Part shown: positions 39,794 through 53,913 of the stretch, piece after piece
Layout: every line of letters begins with the position of its first letter
How positions within the stretch are numbered: the first letter of the stretch is position 1
NCBI GenBank assembly: GCA_963794945.1
Contig: CAWCFT010000008.1
Location: 98,045-162,044 of the forward strand
Source of the DNA: Endomicrobiales bacterium
GTDB taxonomy: Bacteria; Elusimicrobiota; Endomicrobiia; Endomicrobiales; CAWCFT01
Length of the DNA stretch: 64,000 bases
Direction of reading: 5' to 3'
Notes under the pieces: generated by a model
Seen by the model: only the letters and a program-made list of their open reading frames with translations
Databases searched by the model: none
Told to the model about the DNA's origin: nothing
Translations under genes and position numbers: made by a program

Positions 39794-41683
39794 CGCTCTT
39801 TCCTTCCGGCGCCTTTTCTGGTGCAGTCACTGACTGCGGTGCCGCTGTCTGCTCAACAGGCTTTACCGCAGGTGAGGCGGGGTCAGGGTCACCCTTGAAT
39901 ATTCTCTCAACCTCTTCGGCGTCCAGTATCTCTTTTTCTATCAAGCGTTCCGCCAGGTTCTTCAGTATGCCCTGGTTCTTCCGCAGCACGTCTTCTGCAT
40001 TATTCTTTGCTTCCTCGATGATGCGTTTTACTTCTTCATCTATTATTTCAGATGTCTTATCGGAGAACCGCGGCTCACGATTGAAATCCCTGCCGAGGAA
40101 TATTTCTTCATCGGGGCGCTTAAGCGACAGTGAACCTATTCTCTCGCTCATTCCAAATTCGGTAACCATCTTGTGCGCGATGTCCGTGGCCTTGGAAAGG
40201 TCGTTCTGTGCGCCGGTCGTTATTTCATTAAATACCATCTCTTCTGCCACACGCCCCCCCATGAGCACAGCGAGCCTGCCATTTATTTCTAGCCTGGAAG
40301 TGAGGTATTTATCCTCAAGGGGTAGCTGCAGGGTATAGCCAAGAGCGGGCCCTCTGGGTATTATAGAGACCTTATGGACGGGATCGGAACCCGGCGTAAG
40401 TTTGGCAACAAGCGTGTGCCCGGCTTCGTGATAAGCGATTATCTTCTTTTCCCTGTCCGAGATCATTCGTGATTTGCGTGTAGGGCCCGCGATAACCCTG
40501 TCTATTGCTTCCTCTAGTTCGGGCATCTCAACAGATTCCTTGCCCTTCCTCGCGGCAAGAAGCGCCGCTTCGTTCACAAGGTTGGCAAGGTCAGCGCCCA
40601 CAAAACCCGGGGTGCGCCTTGCTATTACCATAAGGTCTACTTTCGGAGAAAGTTTTACCGACCTCGCGTGAACTTTAAGTATCTCATCCCTGTCCTTGAG
40701 GTCAGGGTTAGGAACCGATACATGCCTGTCGAAACGCCCAGGCCTTAGGAGCGCGGGATCTAGAACGTCAGGCCTATTGGTAGCAGCTATAAGTATAACT
40801 CCTTCTTTTGTGTCGAAACCGTCCATTTCTACAAGCAGCTGGTTTAGGGTTTGCTCGCGTTCGTCGTGGCCGCCGCCTATGCCCGCGAAACGGTGCCGGC
40901 CTACGGCGTCTATTTCATCTATGAAAAGAAGGCACGGAGCGCTGCGCCTGCCCTGGTCAAAAAGGTCTCTTACGCGCGAAGCGCCGACGCCGACAAACAT
41001 CTCGACGAATTCTGAGCCGCTGGACGAAAAGAAAGGCACGCCAGCCTCGCCTGCGACAGCTTTTGCAAGGAGAGTTTTACCCGTACCGGGAGCGCCGAAC
41101 AGCAGCACGCCTTTGGGTATCTTTCCTCCTAGTTTCTGGAATTTGGCCGGGTCTTTGAGGAACTCTATAATCTCCTGGAGTTCTTCCTTTGCTTCGTCGC
41201 AGCCCGCAACGTCCTGGAAACGTTATTTTGGTTTTTTTTGTGGACTGAAGTTTGGCTTTGCTCCGGCCGAAAGACATAACCTGTTTTCCGCCGCTCTGCA
41301 TTCCTTTCATCATCCACAACCAGAAACCGATAAGCAATATCATCGGGCCCCAGTTCATGATAAGCGGCATGAGCCAGCCCCGGTCAACATCACCTGAGAA
41401 CTGTTCGACCTTGTACTCTTCAAGGTCTTCAACAAGTTTTGGGTCGGGAAGCGGCACGGTTTTAAAGCTCGTTATCTTGCCGTCCGAACTGCGGCTGGTA
41501 CCGTGTATAAGCTCAGGTGCCACCGTGACCTTTATTACCTCTCCAGCCTCAAGGCTCTTTTTGAACGCCGAATAGGGTATCTCCTGCTCAACTGTTTTCT
41601 GCCTGACCGTTCTGGATGAAATACAGCAGGAAGAAAAACACCATTAACCAGATCAAAATGCTCCAACGATTTTTTTCTTTCAT
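39774..41683 (-). CDS. ftsH: ATP-dependent zinc metalloprotease FtsH (frameshifts near 41220 and 41610)
   Basis: TM segments, [31 protein letters not shown] and HEAGH. Confidence 0.96.
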
Positions 41684-41687
41684 TTGT

Positions 41688-42261
41688 TTATTCCTTTTTC
41701 GAATTATTCAGTTTTAGAACGCCTATATAGGGAAGCCCCCTGAATTCTTCGTTGTAATCCAACCCGTATCCCACGACGAACTTATCTGGTATGATAAAAC
41801 CGCTGTAATTTACTTCAACCGGCACTTTCCGCGCGCTTCTCTTATCGAGGAGCACGCAGGTCCTTACCGAGCAGCCTTCTCGCGAGAAGGTCTTTTTTCA
41901 AACGGCTCAATGTCAGGCCCGAATCGACTATGTCTTCAACCAGAAGGATGTTCTTTCCCGCCGGGCTTTCTTTAAGATCAGCTAGCATCTTCAATTTTCC
42001 GGTAGACTTTATACCGCGATATGAAGAAACAGCCACGAAATCGACACCACAATTTATCTTCAGGTGTCGAATCAGGTCGGAGAAGAATATCACGCTTCCT
42101 TTTAGAACCGAAACTATAGTTAATTCTTTCCCCGCGTAATCCCTGGATATCCTCTCCGCGAGGCTTTTAACTTTATTCCTTATCTGTACGGCGGAAAGAA
42201 GCACTTTATCCGCGTGCCTTTTACGTGACGATGGTTCGTTCATAACGGGAACACGGTTCAT
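41688..42261 (-). CDS. hpt: Hypoxanthine phosphoribosyltransferase (frameshift near 41860)
   Basis: VLKGS, VSSY and [12 protein letters not shown]-terminus [19 protein letters not shown] is in another frame. Confidence 0.93.
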
Positions 42262-43230
42262 ATTTTGTGTAAAAAAAGCCTATTTTTCCTTTTTTCTGCC
42301 AACCAGCACTTCGAAAGGATGATTTCTTTTTGGTTTTCGGAGAGAACAAGGCTACCCAGGCGCTTGATGTTGTTGAGCGACTTTTTTTCCGGCAAAATTT
42401 CTTTAAGAATACGCTGTTTAACAGCTTCATTATACTCAAAAAATCGTTTTAAATCAATCGAAATGCCGTTTTTTGAAACAGTTGAAATCCTTTTGATCGC
42501 GCGCTGGCTTAGCTCGTTCAAAAACTCGTTATCAGCCCCTATAATCTTTGAAAGGTTGAACACATGTTCCACTATCTTCGGGTTGAACTGCCTTAAAACG
42601 GGTATCACCTTATGCCTTATGCGGTTCCTTGTAAAATCAAGCTCAAGATTAGAACTGTCGATGGAGTATTCCAGTTTCTGCCGTTTGAGATAAGCCATTA
42701 CTTCTTCACGCGTTACAGGAAGAATGGGTCGTATAATGCTTATATTCTCCGTGCCTTTCCTTTTCACCGGTATTCCGGAAAGGCCTTCACTGCCTGTGCC
42801 CCTGATGAGCCACATAAGCACGGTTTCGGCATTATCGTTAGCGGTATGGCCCGTGGCAATCTTATTGAAGCCTTTTTCTTTGGCAATGGAAAAAAGTGTC
42901 TCATAGCGAAGATTCCTGCCGGCCGTCTCGAGCGATATATTGCCTGAATCCGCCTCAGCCCTAACCTTTATTTTTTTAACTATAACAGGGAGATGCAGTT
43001 TTTCACCTAACATTTCTACTTTTCCTGACTCTCTGGAGCTTTCCCTTCTCAATCCGTGGTCCATATTGACAATAACAAGGTCGATTGGCAATGATTTCTT
43101 TAGCCTCCAAAATAAGTGCGCAAGGCAAACGGAATCAGGCCCGCCCGAAACGGCAAGCAGCCACCTTGTCTCCCGGTTCAACTAATTTATTGCCAGCCGT
43201 AAATAATTTAAACTTTTCCCAGGCATCCAT
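42258..43230 (-). CDS. tilS: tRNA(Ile)-lysidine synthetase, short form (frameshift near 43165)
   Basis: AVSGGPDS, DHGLR, GHTANDNAET, IRP, DSSN and RNRIR. ATG at 43230. Confidence 0.93.
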
Positions 43231-43350
43231 ATTAACCTTATTTATAAACGATCAACAGCTTGAATATTTTATCAAAAACCAAAGAAAAATGAAACATAAA
43301 ACGTTTACGTCACACGCATGACTGTCCCTGCTTTTATTATCAATGCGGGC

Positions 43351-43390
43351 AAAATAAAAGAACCGCTCTGGGATTCCAGGCGGCTCTTTA
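43351..43390 (-). terminator. Intrinsic terminator after deaD
   Basis: Minus strand AAAGAGCCGCCTGG-aatc-CCAGAGCGGTTCTTTTATTTT. Confidence 0.7.
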
Positions 43391-43412
43391 TAACAACTGT
43401 CTTGTTCTACTT

Positions 43413-45027
43413 TTAGAAATTTTTTGGTGTAGCTATATCTATGGCAATTTTATTGCCTTTGATCTGCTTGGTTTTCATGATAGAGATCACCTCTCTCGCG
43501 TTCGCTTCCGGCACCTCGACGAACGAGAACTTATCATGGAGTTCTATCTTGCCTATCGATTGTCCTGAAATCCCGGTTTCACCCGCTATGGCGCCTACGA
43601 TATCGCCGGGTTTTATATTCTTGCTGCGGCGAACGTTCAGGAAAAGCCTGACCATGCCGAATTCTGCGCCTGTCTCTGGGAAAGACTGTTTATCCCCGAC
43701 AGCGCGAGGTTTTTCAGCCACTTGGGGGCTAGAGCCTTCTGTCCCGGTCATCATTTTGAGAAGGGCAGCCGCTGACGTCCATTGACGAATGGTTCTCGCC
43801 GATGAAGCGCTCTATTATGGACGCGTACCTTTCAAGATTTTTTGACTCGAGGACTTTCTTGACCTGTTCCATAAGCTGTTTGGTCTTAATGTCTTCAACA
43901 TCTTTTGCCGTGGGTACGGTCTTCCTCTTTATTGTAACCCCGGAAAATCTCTGGATGTCCCTTATTTTGTAAATGTCCCTTCCGGAAACGAACGTGAACG
44001 CCTTGCCCGCTTTTCCGGCGCCTGCCTGTCCTGCCTATCCTGTGAACATAATACTCCTCGTCCTGAGGAACATCGTAATTAAATACAGCTTCTATTCCTT
44101 CCACGTCAATGCCTCGGGCGGCGACATCTGTAGCGATAAGTATTTCTACGGTACCTGCCCTGAACTTTCCCATCACCCTGTCGCGCTGGTTCTGGTTCAT
44201 ATCGCCGTGGATCGCGTCGGCGGAATAGCCCCTGGCCTGCAGGTGGCTAACAAGCTCGTCAACTTTCCTTTTGGTGTTGCAAAATATCAGCGCGAGCTGC
44301 AGATCGTAGAAATCCACCACTCTTGTCAGCATCTCGAGCTTCATGTTCTCTTTCACTTCGTAGTATATTTGTTCGATGTCGGGAGCCGTGAGTTTCTCGT
44401 GGACAACCTTGAGTATTTGCGGATTCTTCTGGAACTTCCTTGTCAGCTCAAGGAATTGTTTGGGCATGGTAGCGGAAAAAAACACGGTTTGTCTTTCAGC
44501 CGGAACGCTCTTAAGTATAAGCTCGATATCTTCCCGAAAACCCATGTCAAGCATTTCGTCAGCCTCATCCAACACAACCATTTTTATAGAGCCGAGGTTC
44601 AGCGTTCCCCTCTCAAGATGGTCCATTACACGGCCGGGAGTGCCAATTACAATCTGGACGCCGCGCCTCAACGCGTGTATCTGGCGGTCAATAGGCTGGC
44701 CGCCGTATATTGGGAGAATCGTCAGATCCCTTTTGTATTTTGCCAGGCGCTTAAGCTCTTCGGCTATCTGCACGGCAAGCTCTCTTGTAGGGCAAAGGAC
44801 GATAGACTGCGGCTTCTTTCTTTAGTTACTACAGCCTCAAGCATTGGTATGCCGAATGCCGCGGTTTTCCCTGTGCCCGTTTGGGCCTGCCCTATTACGT
44901 CCCTGCCTTTCATCACATACGGTATCGACATAGATTGAATGGCCGTCGCCTCTTCAAAACCCATGTCTTTAATAGCTCTGTTAATCTCAGGGGATAAACC
45001 CAATTCTTCAAATCTTAATTTTTCCAT
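43413..45027 (-). CDS. deaD: DEAD-box RNA helicase with C-terminal DbpA RNA-binding domain (three frameshifts)
   Basis: Q motif, AQTGTGKT, DEAD, SAT, ARGID, HRIGRTGR and PGDIVGAIAGE..FSFVEVP. Confidence 0.92.
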
Positions 45028-45100
45028 GATATCCTCTTTTCTTTTTGACTACTAGAGTCAAACTGTTTTAATTATATAAAATCAATGGGCTTTATAAACA

Positions 45101-45138
45101 AAAATGCGATAAAGCGCATTAGAGCTTTATCGCATTTT
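45101..45138. terminator. Perfect 15-bp inverted repeat, likely terminator after tRNA-fMet
   Basis: AAAATGCGATAAAGC-gcattaga-GCTTTATCGCATTTT. Confidence 0.75.
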
Positions 45139-45141
45139 AAT

Positions 45142-45218
<77 letters not shown>

Positions 45219-45234
45219 ATTTTTATGCTCGTAT

Positions 45235-45263
45235 AATATACTATTTAAAACTACTAATGTCAA
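45235..45263 (-). promoter_or_regulatory. sigma70-type promoter for tRNA-fMet
   Basis: Minus strand TTGACA-N17-TATATT. Confidence 0.75.
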
Positions 45264-45269
45264 CAAAAC

Positions 45270-48200
45270 TTATTTGTAATATTCCTGCAGCGACTGAACC
45301 GACCAGTCCTTGCTTTTCTGCGCTTTTATGCCTTCTACCGTGGCGCGCGCTGCGGAAGAGTGGTCACTATGGGAACGTTATAAATAACGGCGTTCCTTCT
45401 TATCTGATAACCATCCGCCCGGCTGGTTTTTCCGGATGGCGTGTTTATGACAAGACAAACCTGCCTATTCTTTATGACGTCAACCACGTTCGGCCGGCCT
45501 TCCGATATCTTATTTATTTCCTGAACATTGAGTTCGTACTCGCGCAGGAACTCGGCCGTGTGTTTCGTAGCTATGATGTTAAATCCGAGATTTATTAGGT
45601 CTTTTATGACGGGCAGGGCTTCCATTTTGCCCTTGGGCCCTAGGCTTACCATGACCGTTCCTGACCTGGGCAGTCCGGAACCAGCTGCGAGTTCGGCCTT
45701 GGCAAAAGCTCTCCCGAAATCTGAATCTATCCCCATGACCTCACCGGTGCTCTTCATTTCCGGCCCAAGGACTACATCGACATTGGAGAATCTTGTCCAC
45801 GGTAGAACAACTTCTTTAACGGAAACGAATTTAAGCTCAGGCAATCCTTCTTTTATATATTTCTTCGGTAAAAGCTGTTCGAGTTTCTTGCCGACCATTA
45901 TCTTAGCCGCGAGCTTGGCAAGCGGTATGCCGGTAGCTTTGGAAACATAAGGAACCGTCCTGGATGCACGGGGATTGGCTTCCAGTATGTAGACTATGTT
46001 ATCTCGAACAGCGAACTGTATGTTTATTAGCCCCTTGACCTTAAGGGCCAGAGCCAAGTTGGTCGTATGTTTTTTAAGGGTTGCTATTATCTCTGGGCTT
46101 AAGGTGTGCGGCGGTATAACACAGGCGGAATCTCCGGAATGTATGCCGGCTTCTTCTATATGCTCCATGATCCCAGCAATATAAACACTTTTTCCATCAC
46201 AAAGTGCGTCGACATCTATTTCGATCGCGTTATCGAGGAACTTATCGATCAGTATCGGTTTTCCCGGGCTCACTTCTGCAGCTAGGCCCACAAACTCGTA
46301 AAGCATCGCGTCGTCATAAACTATTCTCATGGCTCTACCCCCAAGCACGTATGAGGGCCTGACCATAACCGGGTAAGTAAGCTTGTGGGCTATAACCTTT
46401 GCTTCTTCGAACGACCTCGCTGTGCCTGATGCCGCCTGCGGTATCTTGATATTGTTCAATATCTTGCTGAATGATTTTCTGTCTTCGGCGCAGTCAATCG
46501 ATTTGGGAGAAGTACCCAGTATCTTCACCCCGGCCTTGTCTAGGACTGCTGTAAGGTTCAGTGGTGTTTGTCCACCGAACTGGACAATAACTCCCATCGG
46601 GTCTTCTTTGTCCGTTATGTTCAAAACGTCTTCAGCAGTGAGAGGCTCGAAATAAAGCCTGTCGGAAATATCATAGTTTGTCGAAACAGTCTCGGGGTTG
46701 CAGTTGACCATTATGGTCTCATATCCTTCTTCCTTGAGCGCGAGCACGCCGTGAACGCAGCAATAGTCAAATTCTATTCCCTGTCCAATACGGTTGGGAC
46801 CGGCGCCAAGTATCATTACCTTCTTCTTCTTGGTCGGTTTTACTTCGTCCTCTTCATCGTAAGTAGAATAATAATATGGTGTGTAAGCATCGAACTCTGC
46901 GGCGCAAGTGTCAACAAGTTTATACGAGGGTTTGACTCCGAGCTGTTTCCGGTATGCCCTTATCTCTTCCGGAGTCTTACCTGTTTGGTAGGCTATCTGG
47001 AAATCCGAGAAACCAAATTGTTTTGTCTTGTAAAGAAAATCACGCTGCTCTTCTTTCGGCATCTTAAATAGATTCGGGATATCTTTACACCACTCGTGTA
47101 TCTCCTTTATCTGCCTAATGAACCATTTGTCTATCTTGGAAAGATCTACGATTTCTTCCTCGGTCATTCCCATCTCGAAAGCGTATTTGATGTTGAATAT
47201 CCGGTGATTGTTGGGCGTGCGAAGCTTATTCTTAATTTCCTCAAGAAGTTCTGCGTAGGCTTTGCCGCGTTCCTTTAGGGCTTTTTCTACTTTCTTCGAA
47301 GAACCTAGCCCGTCGCATCCGAGCCCGTGGCGGCCGACTTCAAGACCTCTCATGGCTTTCTGGAGCGCCTCTTTGAATGTCCTGCCCAGGGCCATGACCT
47401 CGCCTACCGATTTCATGGCGGTGTTGAGCGTTCGGTCGGCTCCTGTAAACTTCTCGAAAGCAAACCGAGGAACTTTTACAACGTGATAATCTATGGTTGG
47501 CTCAAACGATGCCGGAGTTTTCTTAGTTATATCATTGGGTATCTCGTCAAGCCTGTAGCCTACGGCCAAAAGGCTCGCGATCTTGGCTATAGGGAAACCC
47601 GTTGCCTTGGAAGCGAGAGCGGACGAGCGGCTGACCCTAGGGTTCATCTCTATGACAACCAGCCTGCCGTCTTTGGGGTTGACCGCGAACTGGATGTTAG
47701 ATCCGCCGGTGTCAACGCCTATCGCCCGGATCACTTTGAAGGCCCAGTCGCGCATTTTCTGGTATTCTACGTCCGTAAGGGTCATCGCCGGGGCGACGGT
47801 GATGGAATCGCCAGTGTGGACGCCCATAGGGTCAACGTTTTCTATCGAGCAGATGACAACGCAGTTGTCAGCGCTGTCACGCATTACTTCCAGCTCGAAC
47901 TCTTTCCAGCCTATGACCGATTCTTCAATGAGTATCTCTTTTATGGGGCTCGCGTCGAGGCCGGTCGCGACGGCCTCCAAAAGCTCATCTCTCGTATAAA
48001 CCGTGCCCGAACCCAACCCGCCCAGGGTAAACGATGGGCGAATGATAAGCGGGTAGCCGATCTTTTCGGCTATCTTCATTGATTCTTCAACCGAGTAGGC
48101 GTAACCGCTCTGGGGAAGATCTAAGCCTATCTCCTGCATTGTGCGCCTGAAGAGACGGCGGTCTTCGGCTTTTTTGATCGCCGGCAGCTTCGCGCCTATG

Positions 48201-48543
48201 AGTTCAACTTTGTATTTTTCGAGCATCCCGCTTTCTGAAAGTGCCACTGCGAGGTTCAGGGCAGTCTGGCCGCCCAGCGTCGGCAGTAGCGCCTGCGGCC
48301 TTTCCTTCGCTATCACCTTTTCGAGTATCTCGGGAACCAGCGGCTCTATATAGGTAGCGTCGGCAAATTCCGGGTCGGTCATGATTGTTGCAGGGTTAGA
48401 GTTGACAAGCACTACGCGGTAGCCTTCTTTCCTTAGGGCCTTTATCGCCTGTGTGCCTGAATAATCGAACTCGCAGGCCTGACCTATCACTATAGGGCCC
48501 GAACCGATTATAAGTATTGTTTTTATGTCGTTCTTTTAGGCAT
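45270..48543 (-). CDS. carB: Carbamoyl-phosphate synthase large subunit (frameshifts near both ends)
   Basis: [10 protein letters not shown], two ATP-grasp halves and an MGS domain. True start MPKRT at 48543; true end ...SLQEYYK* at 45270. Confidence 0.97.
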
Positions 48544-48558
48544 TTCTTTATATATCCT

Positions 48559-50963
<2,405 letters not shown>

Positions 50964-50984
50964 TTAGAGCAACATATTAATTAG

Positions 50985-51056
<72 letters not shown>

Positions 51057-51126
51057 AACTTGACTTCTATTTTGTGTTCAAAACTCGAGATTATTTCGCT
51101 TATTTGGTCCAGTTTGACAAACTAAA

Positions 51127-51199
51127 TGAGCCCGGTGCGACTCGAACGCACGACACCCTCATTAAAAGTGAGGTGCTCTACCGACTGAGCTACGGGCCC
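51127..51199 (-). tRNA. tRNA-Lys(TTT), CCA not encoded
   Basis: GGGCCCG..CGGGCTCA cloverleaf; anticodon arm CCTCA-CTTTTAA-TGAGG. Confidence 0.95.
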
Positions 51200-51314
51200 A
51201 AAACATAAGCAAATGTTCAAAGAATCAAAGGTTTAATGGCTCAGATTAATGCCATTACGGCGGAAAAAACCGAGGGGTATGGCAATATTGAAGTCAAATA
51301 CACAAAAAACCCAT

Positions 51315-51343
51315 AAAAAAAGCCATTGCAATCAGCCAATGGC
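51315..51343 (-). terminator. Promoter-proximal intrinsic terminator (candidate attenuator)
   Basis: Minus strand GCCATTG-gctgattg-CAATGGC-TTTTTTT. Confidence 0.7.
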
Positions 51344-51361
51344 AACTTGACTAACCGACAT

Positions 51362-51391
51362 AATATAGCAAAATAGTATTTATTTTGTCAA
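51362..51391 (-). promoter_or_regulatory. sigma70-type promoter upstream of tRNA-Lys/tRNA-Glu/purA
   Basis: Minus strand TTGACA-N18-TATATT with an extended -10 TG. Confidence 0.65.
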
Positions 51392-51464
51392 ACGCTTTTC
51401 CCAAAGATTCAACTGAACGGTAGATTATAATTCATAAAAAATTATAGTTATAGATTGGAGGGTC

Positions 51465-52298
51465 TCATCGTGTCGCAACGATAGCTCTTAGTTCGAGGAT
51501 CTTGCTTAAGGATTTATTGATATAAGTCGGGTCTTTAGAATCGTATATCTCCAACCATAATTTAAGTGATCGCACTGGATTGCCATTTTTTTGATAGATA
51601 TTTGCGAGTATAGCCTTTACCATGTTAGGGCACTGCGGCTGTTTCACAGCGGTCTCGAGAAGTACCGTCATCTCGTTGAACTTCCCCGATTTAGAATAGA
51701 TTATGGCACTTATGTAGAGATGGTATTGCCAGAAAGGCTTATGAACGTCCCTTGTTATGTCCGGGCTGAACTTCTCAACCGATGAAATGCCGCTCTCGAG
51801 GAGTTTCATGGCCTCGTCCGGGCGGTTTAGGTTCCATGCGAGAGCGCCGGCGCCGTAAAGGTACGCATAGCTGAAGAACGGATCAAGCTCGGTCACTCTC
51901 TGGCAATAGGAATAGACACCCTTATAGATACCGCCCGTAATATCTGGATGGTAATGTTCTTCCTCTTCGCTTCCTGTTTTATGTTCTCCTTCCTTCTCCA
52001 ATGGCAGCCCAAAAAGATACCTGGTCATATCCCATGATATTTTGAACTCCGTTTCTTTATCCAGGGGCTGCTCGGGCGATCCGTAGTACTGCAGCAGCTC
52101 TATCCACGCGATATCCGCAGCGAGCCGTCTAGCGCCAAAAAGCACTGCGCTCATGTCTATAGCCGCGAATTTATTTTCCGGAGAAATTTTTAAACTTGGA
52201 TATGGGTAAGTGAATAGAGCTGAATTTACGGCAGCCGAGAGCACGAGAACTGACAAAAGAACTAACGATGTAAAATATATAGATTTAAATTTTGTCAT
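51465..52298 (-). CDS. Membrane-anchored TPR-like protein (resembles PilG/Xap-type pilus accessory proteins)
   Basis: N-terminal TM helix, RLAADIAWIELLQYYG, TELDPFFSYAYLYG and a helical C-terminus. Directly downstream of the ABC pair. Confidence 0.6.
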   Translation of the reverse strand: MTKFKSIYFTSLVLLSVLVLSAAVNSALFTYPYPSLKISPENKFAAIDMSAVLFGARRLAADIAWIELLQYYGSPEQPLDKETEFKISWDMTRYLFGLPLEKEGEHKTGSEEEEHYHPDITGGIYKGVYSYCQRVTELDPFFSYAYLYGAGALAWNLNRPDEAMKLLESGISSVEKFSPDITRDVHKPFWQYHLYISAIIYSKSGKFNEMTVLLETAVKQPQCPNMVKAILANIYQKNGNPVRSLKLWLEIYDSKDPTYINKSLSKILELRAIVATR

Positions 52299-52306
52299 GG
52301 CAGTAA

Positions 52307-53071
52307 CTAGAATTCTTTATATTTAAAAATCCAGATAGAAAGGGCGATAAAGAAGGCGCTGTAAACTAGCCCGTAACCAAAAGATATCAGCATCCAGTTC
52401 CCAACTATGCCAGGTATTTCCCAAAAATCGCGCAGGTTAAAAAACTGAAGGTTTGGCGTGAGAAAGTAGACGGCCTTGAGCAGCACTTTCACGAACACGT
52501 TAGATATTTTTGAACTTAGGAAATTCATTTCATCGGTAAAATGGCCAAGAACCCAGAAGAAGAACGTAAAGCTTATCGAAGAAACCGCCGAGGTAGAAAA
52601 AAGAGAAAAGAAGAGCGCCAGAGAGCCTATAATTGTGATCTTTCCAGCAGAGAGAAGTATCGCAAGTGGATACCTCATCACGAATTGCCAGCCTTCAAGC
52701 CTGAGCAAAACAAGATGCATGATCGCCATAACTAGCATACCTGCGTAGACCGCCAGCATCAGGCCAATGTACCTTCCGGTAAGGTATGCTGCCCTTGATA
52801 TTGGGCGCGTGAGCACAAGGTAAACGGTTTTGGATTCCATCTCTTCAAGGACCAGGGTAACGGCCGAAAAACTCACGGTCAGCAACGCAAAGATCTCGAT
52901 CGCGTTGAGGCCGACATCAAGCAGTATCCTCTGCGGCTGCTCTCCGCCGAGTGCGGCAAGCAGAAGTGAAGCGAACACTATTACCGCACCGAAAAATACA
53001 AGGATATAAAATACCTTATTTCTTACGCTCTCAATAAATGTATAGTGTGCGATGGACAATATTTTTTTCAT
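52307..53071 (-). CDS. ABC-2 type permease (PilI-like)
   Basis: About six TM helices; EEMESKTVYLVLTRPISRAAYLTGRY motif. Confidence 0.88.
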   Translation of the reverse strand: MKKILSIAHYTFIESVRNKVFYILVFFGAVIVFASLLLAALGGEQPQRILLDVGLNAIEIFALLTVSFSAVTLVLEEMESKTVYLVLTRPISRAAYLTGRYIGLMLAVYAGMLVMAIMHLVLLRLEGWQFVMRYPLAILLSAGKITIIGSLALFFSLFSTSAVSSISFTFFFWVLGHFTDEMNFLSSKISNVFVKVLLKAVYFLTPNLQFFNLRDFWEIPGIVGNWMLISFGYGLVYSAFFIALSIWIFKYKEF

Positions 53072-53074
53072 ATT

Positions 53075-53833
53075 TTATGTTATCTTCATTCTTCCTAGTT
53101 CCGAAGACCCGGCAACCGCCGAGACGAATATTTCTTCCAGCCCGCCAGGGTTGGCCGCCCAATCATGTTGTTCAACGGTTTTAACTAACCTGCCTTTCGC
53201 AAGTATGCCTACCCTGTCGCAAACTTTTTCTACTTCACTGATCAGGTGGGATGAAAGGAAAACTGTTTTACCAAAAGACTTAAGTCGGGTTATCAGGGCT
53301 CTCATTTCCTGAATAGACAGAGGGTCGAGACCGCTTACCGGCTCATCATATATCAGTATCTTTGGGTCATGAAGCAGGCTCTGTGCTATGCCCACGCGTT
53401 GCAGCATGCCTTTCGAGAACTCGGAGAGCCTTTTACAGCGCACGCTCTGGAGCCCGACAAAATCTATCATCTCGTCAACCCGCCCGTCAAGGTCTTTTAC
53501 TTCGGAAAGCCTGCCGTAGAATTTTAATATCTCTTCAGTGTTGAGGTATTTATAGAAGTAAGCGACCTCCGGCAGGTAGCCGATCTGCTTAAGGATATCA
53601 GTGGAAGGTGCGGCAGCGCCGTCTATAGTGACGCTGCCGGATGTAGGGCGCAGAAGCCCCAGAATAAGCTTAATAGTAGTAGTTTTCCCGGCGCCGTTCA
53701 AACCCAGAAGCCCGAATATCTCCCCTTGGTTTATAGAAAGGGATACGCCCTCTATCCCTGCGGTCTTCGTGGTTTCGAAGAGATGTTTTTTTAAGTAGGT
53801 CTTAGTAAGGTCTTTTAGTTCTATTGAAGGCAT
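53075..53833 (-). CDS. ABC transporter ATP-binding protein (PilH-like)
   Basis: GLNGAGKT, FSKGMLQR, IYDEP and SSH. Confidence 0.95.
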   Translation of the reverse strand: MPSIELKDLTKTYLKKHLFETTKTAGIEGVSLSINQGEIFGLLGLNGAGKTTTIKLILGLLRPTSGSVTIDGAAAPSTDILKQIGYLPEVAYFYKYLNTEEILKFYGRLSEVKDLDGRVDEMIDFVGLQSVRCKRLSEFSKGMLQRVGIAQSLLHDPKILIYDEPVSGLDPLSIQEMRALITRLKSFGKTVFLSSHLISEVEKVCDRVGILAKGRLVKTVEQHDWAANPGGLEEIFVSAVAGSSELGRMKIT

Positions 53834-53837
53834 ATTT

Positions 53838-53912
53838 TAGAGGACAGAGAACACTGTGTAGAGGACAGGGAATAGTTGAAGCCATCCCCTATCCTCTACC
53901 GCAGATTCTATA
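53838..53912. repeat. Heptamer tandem/inverted repeat element (TAGAGGA family)
   Basis: tagagga-cagagaa-cactgtg-tagagga-cagggaa-tag ... tccccta-tcctcta-ccgcaga-ttctata. Fills the serA-ABC gap. Confidence 0.7.
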
Positions 53913-53913
53913 A

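Noticed and set aside
43973..44938. 321-aa plus-strand ORF, and similar long antisense ORFs such as 29384..30169, 40696..41397, 47327..48082 and 53926..54615
   Set aside because: These are shadow ORFs opposite well-supported genes (deaD, thiL, ftsH, carB, serA) with no recognisable motifs.
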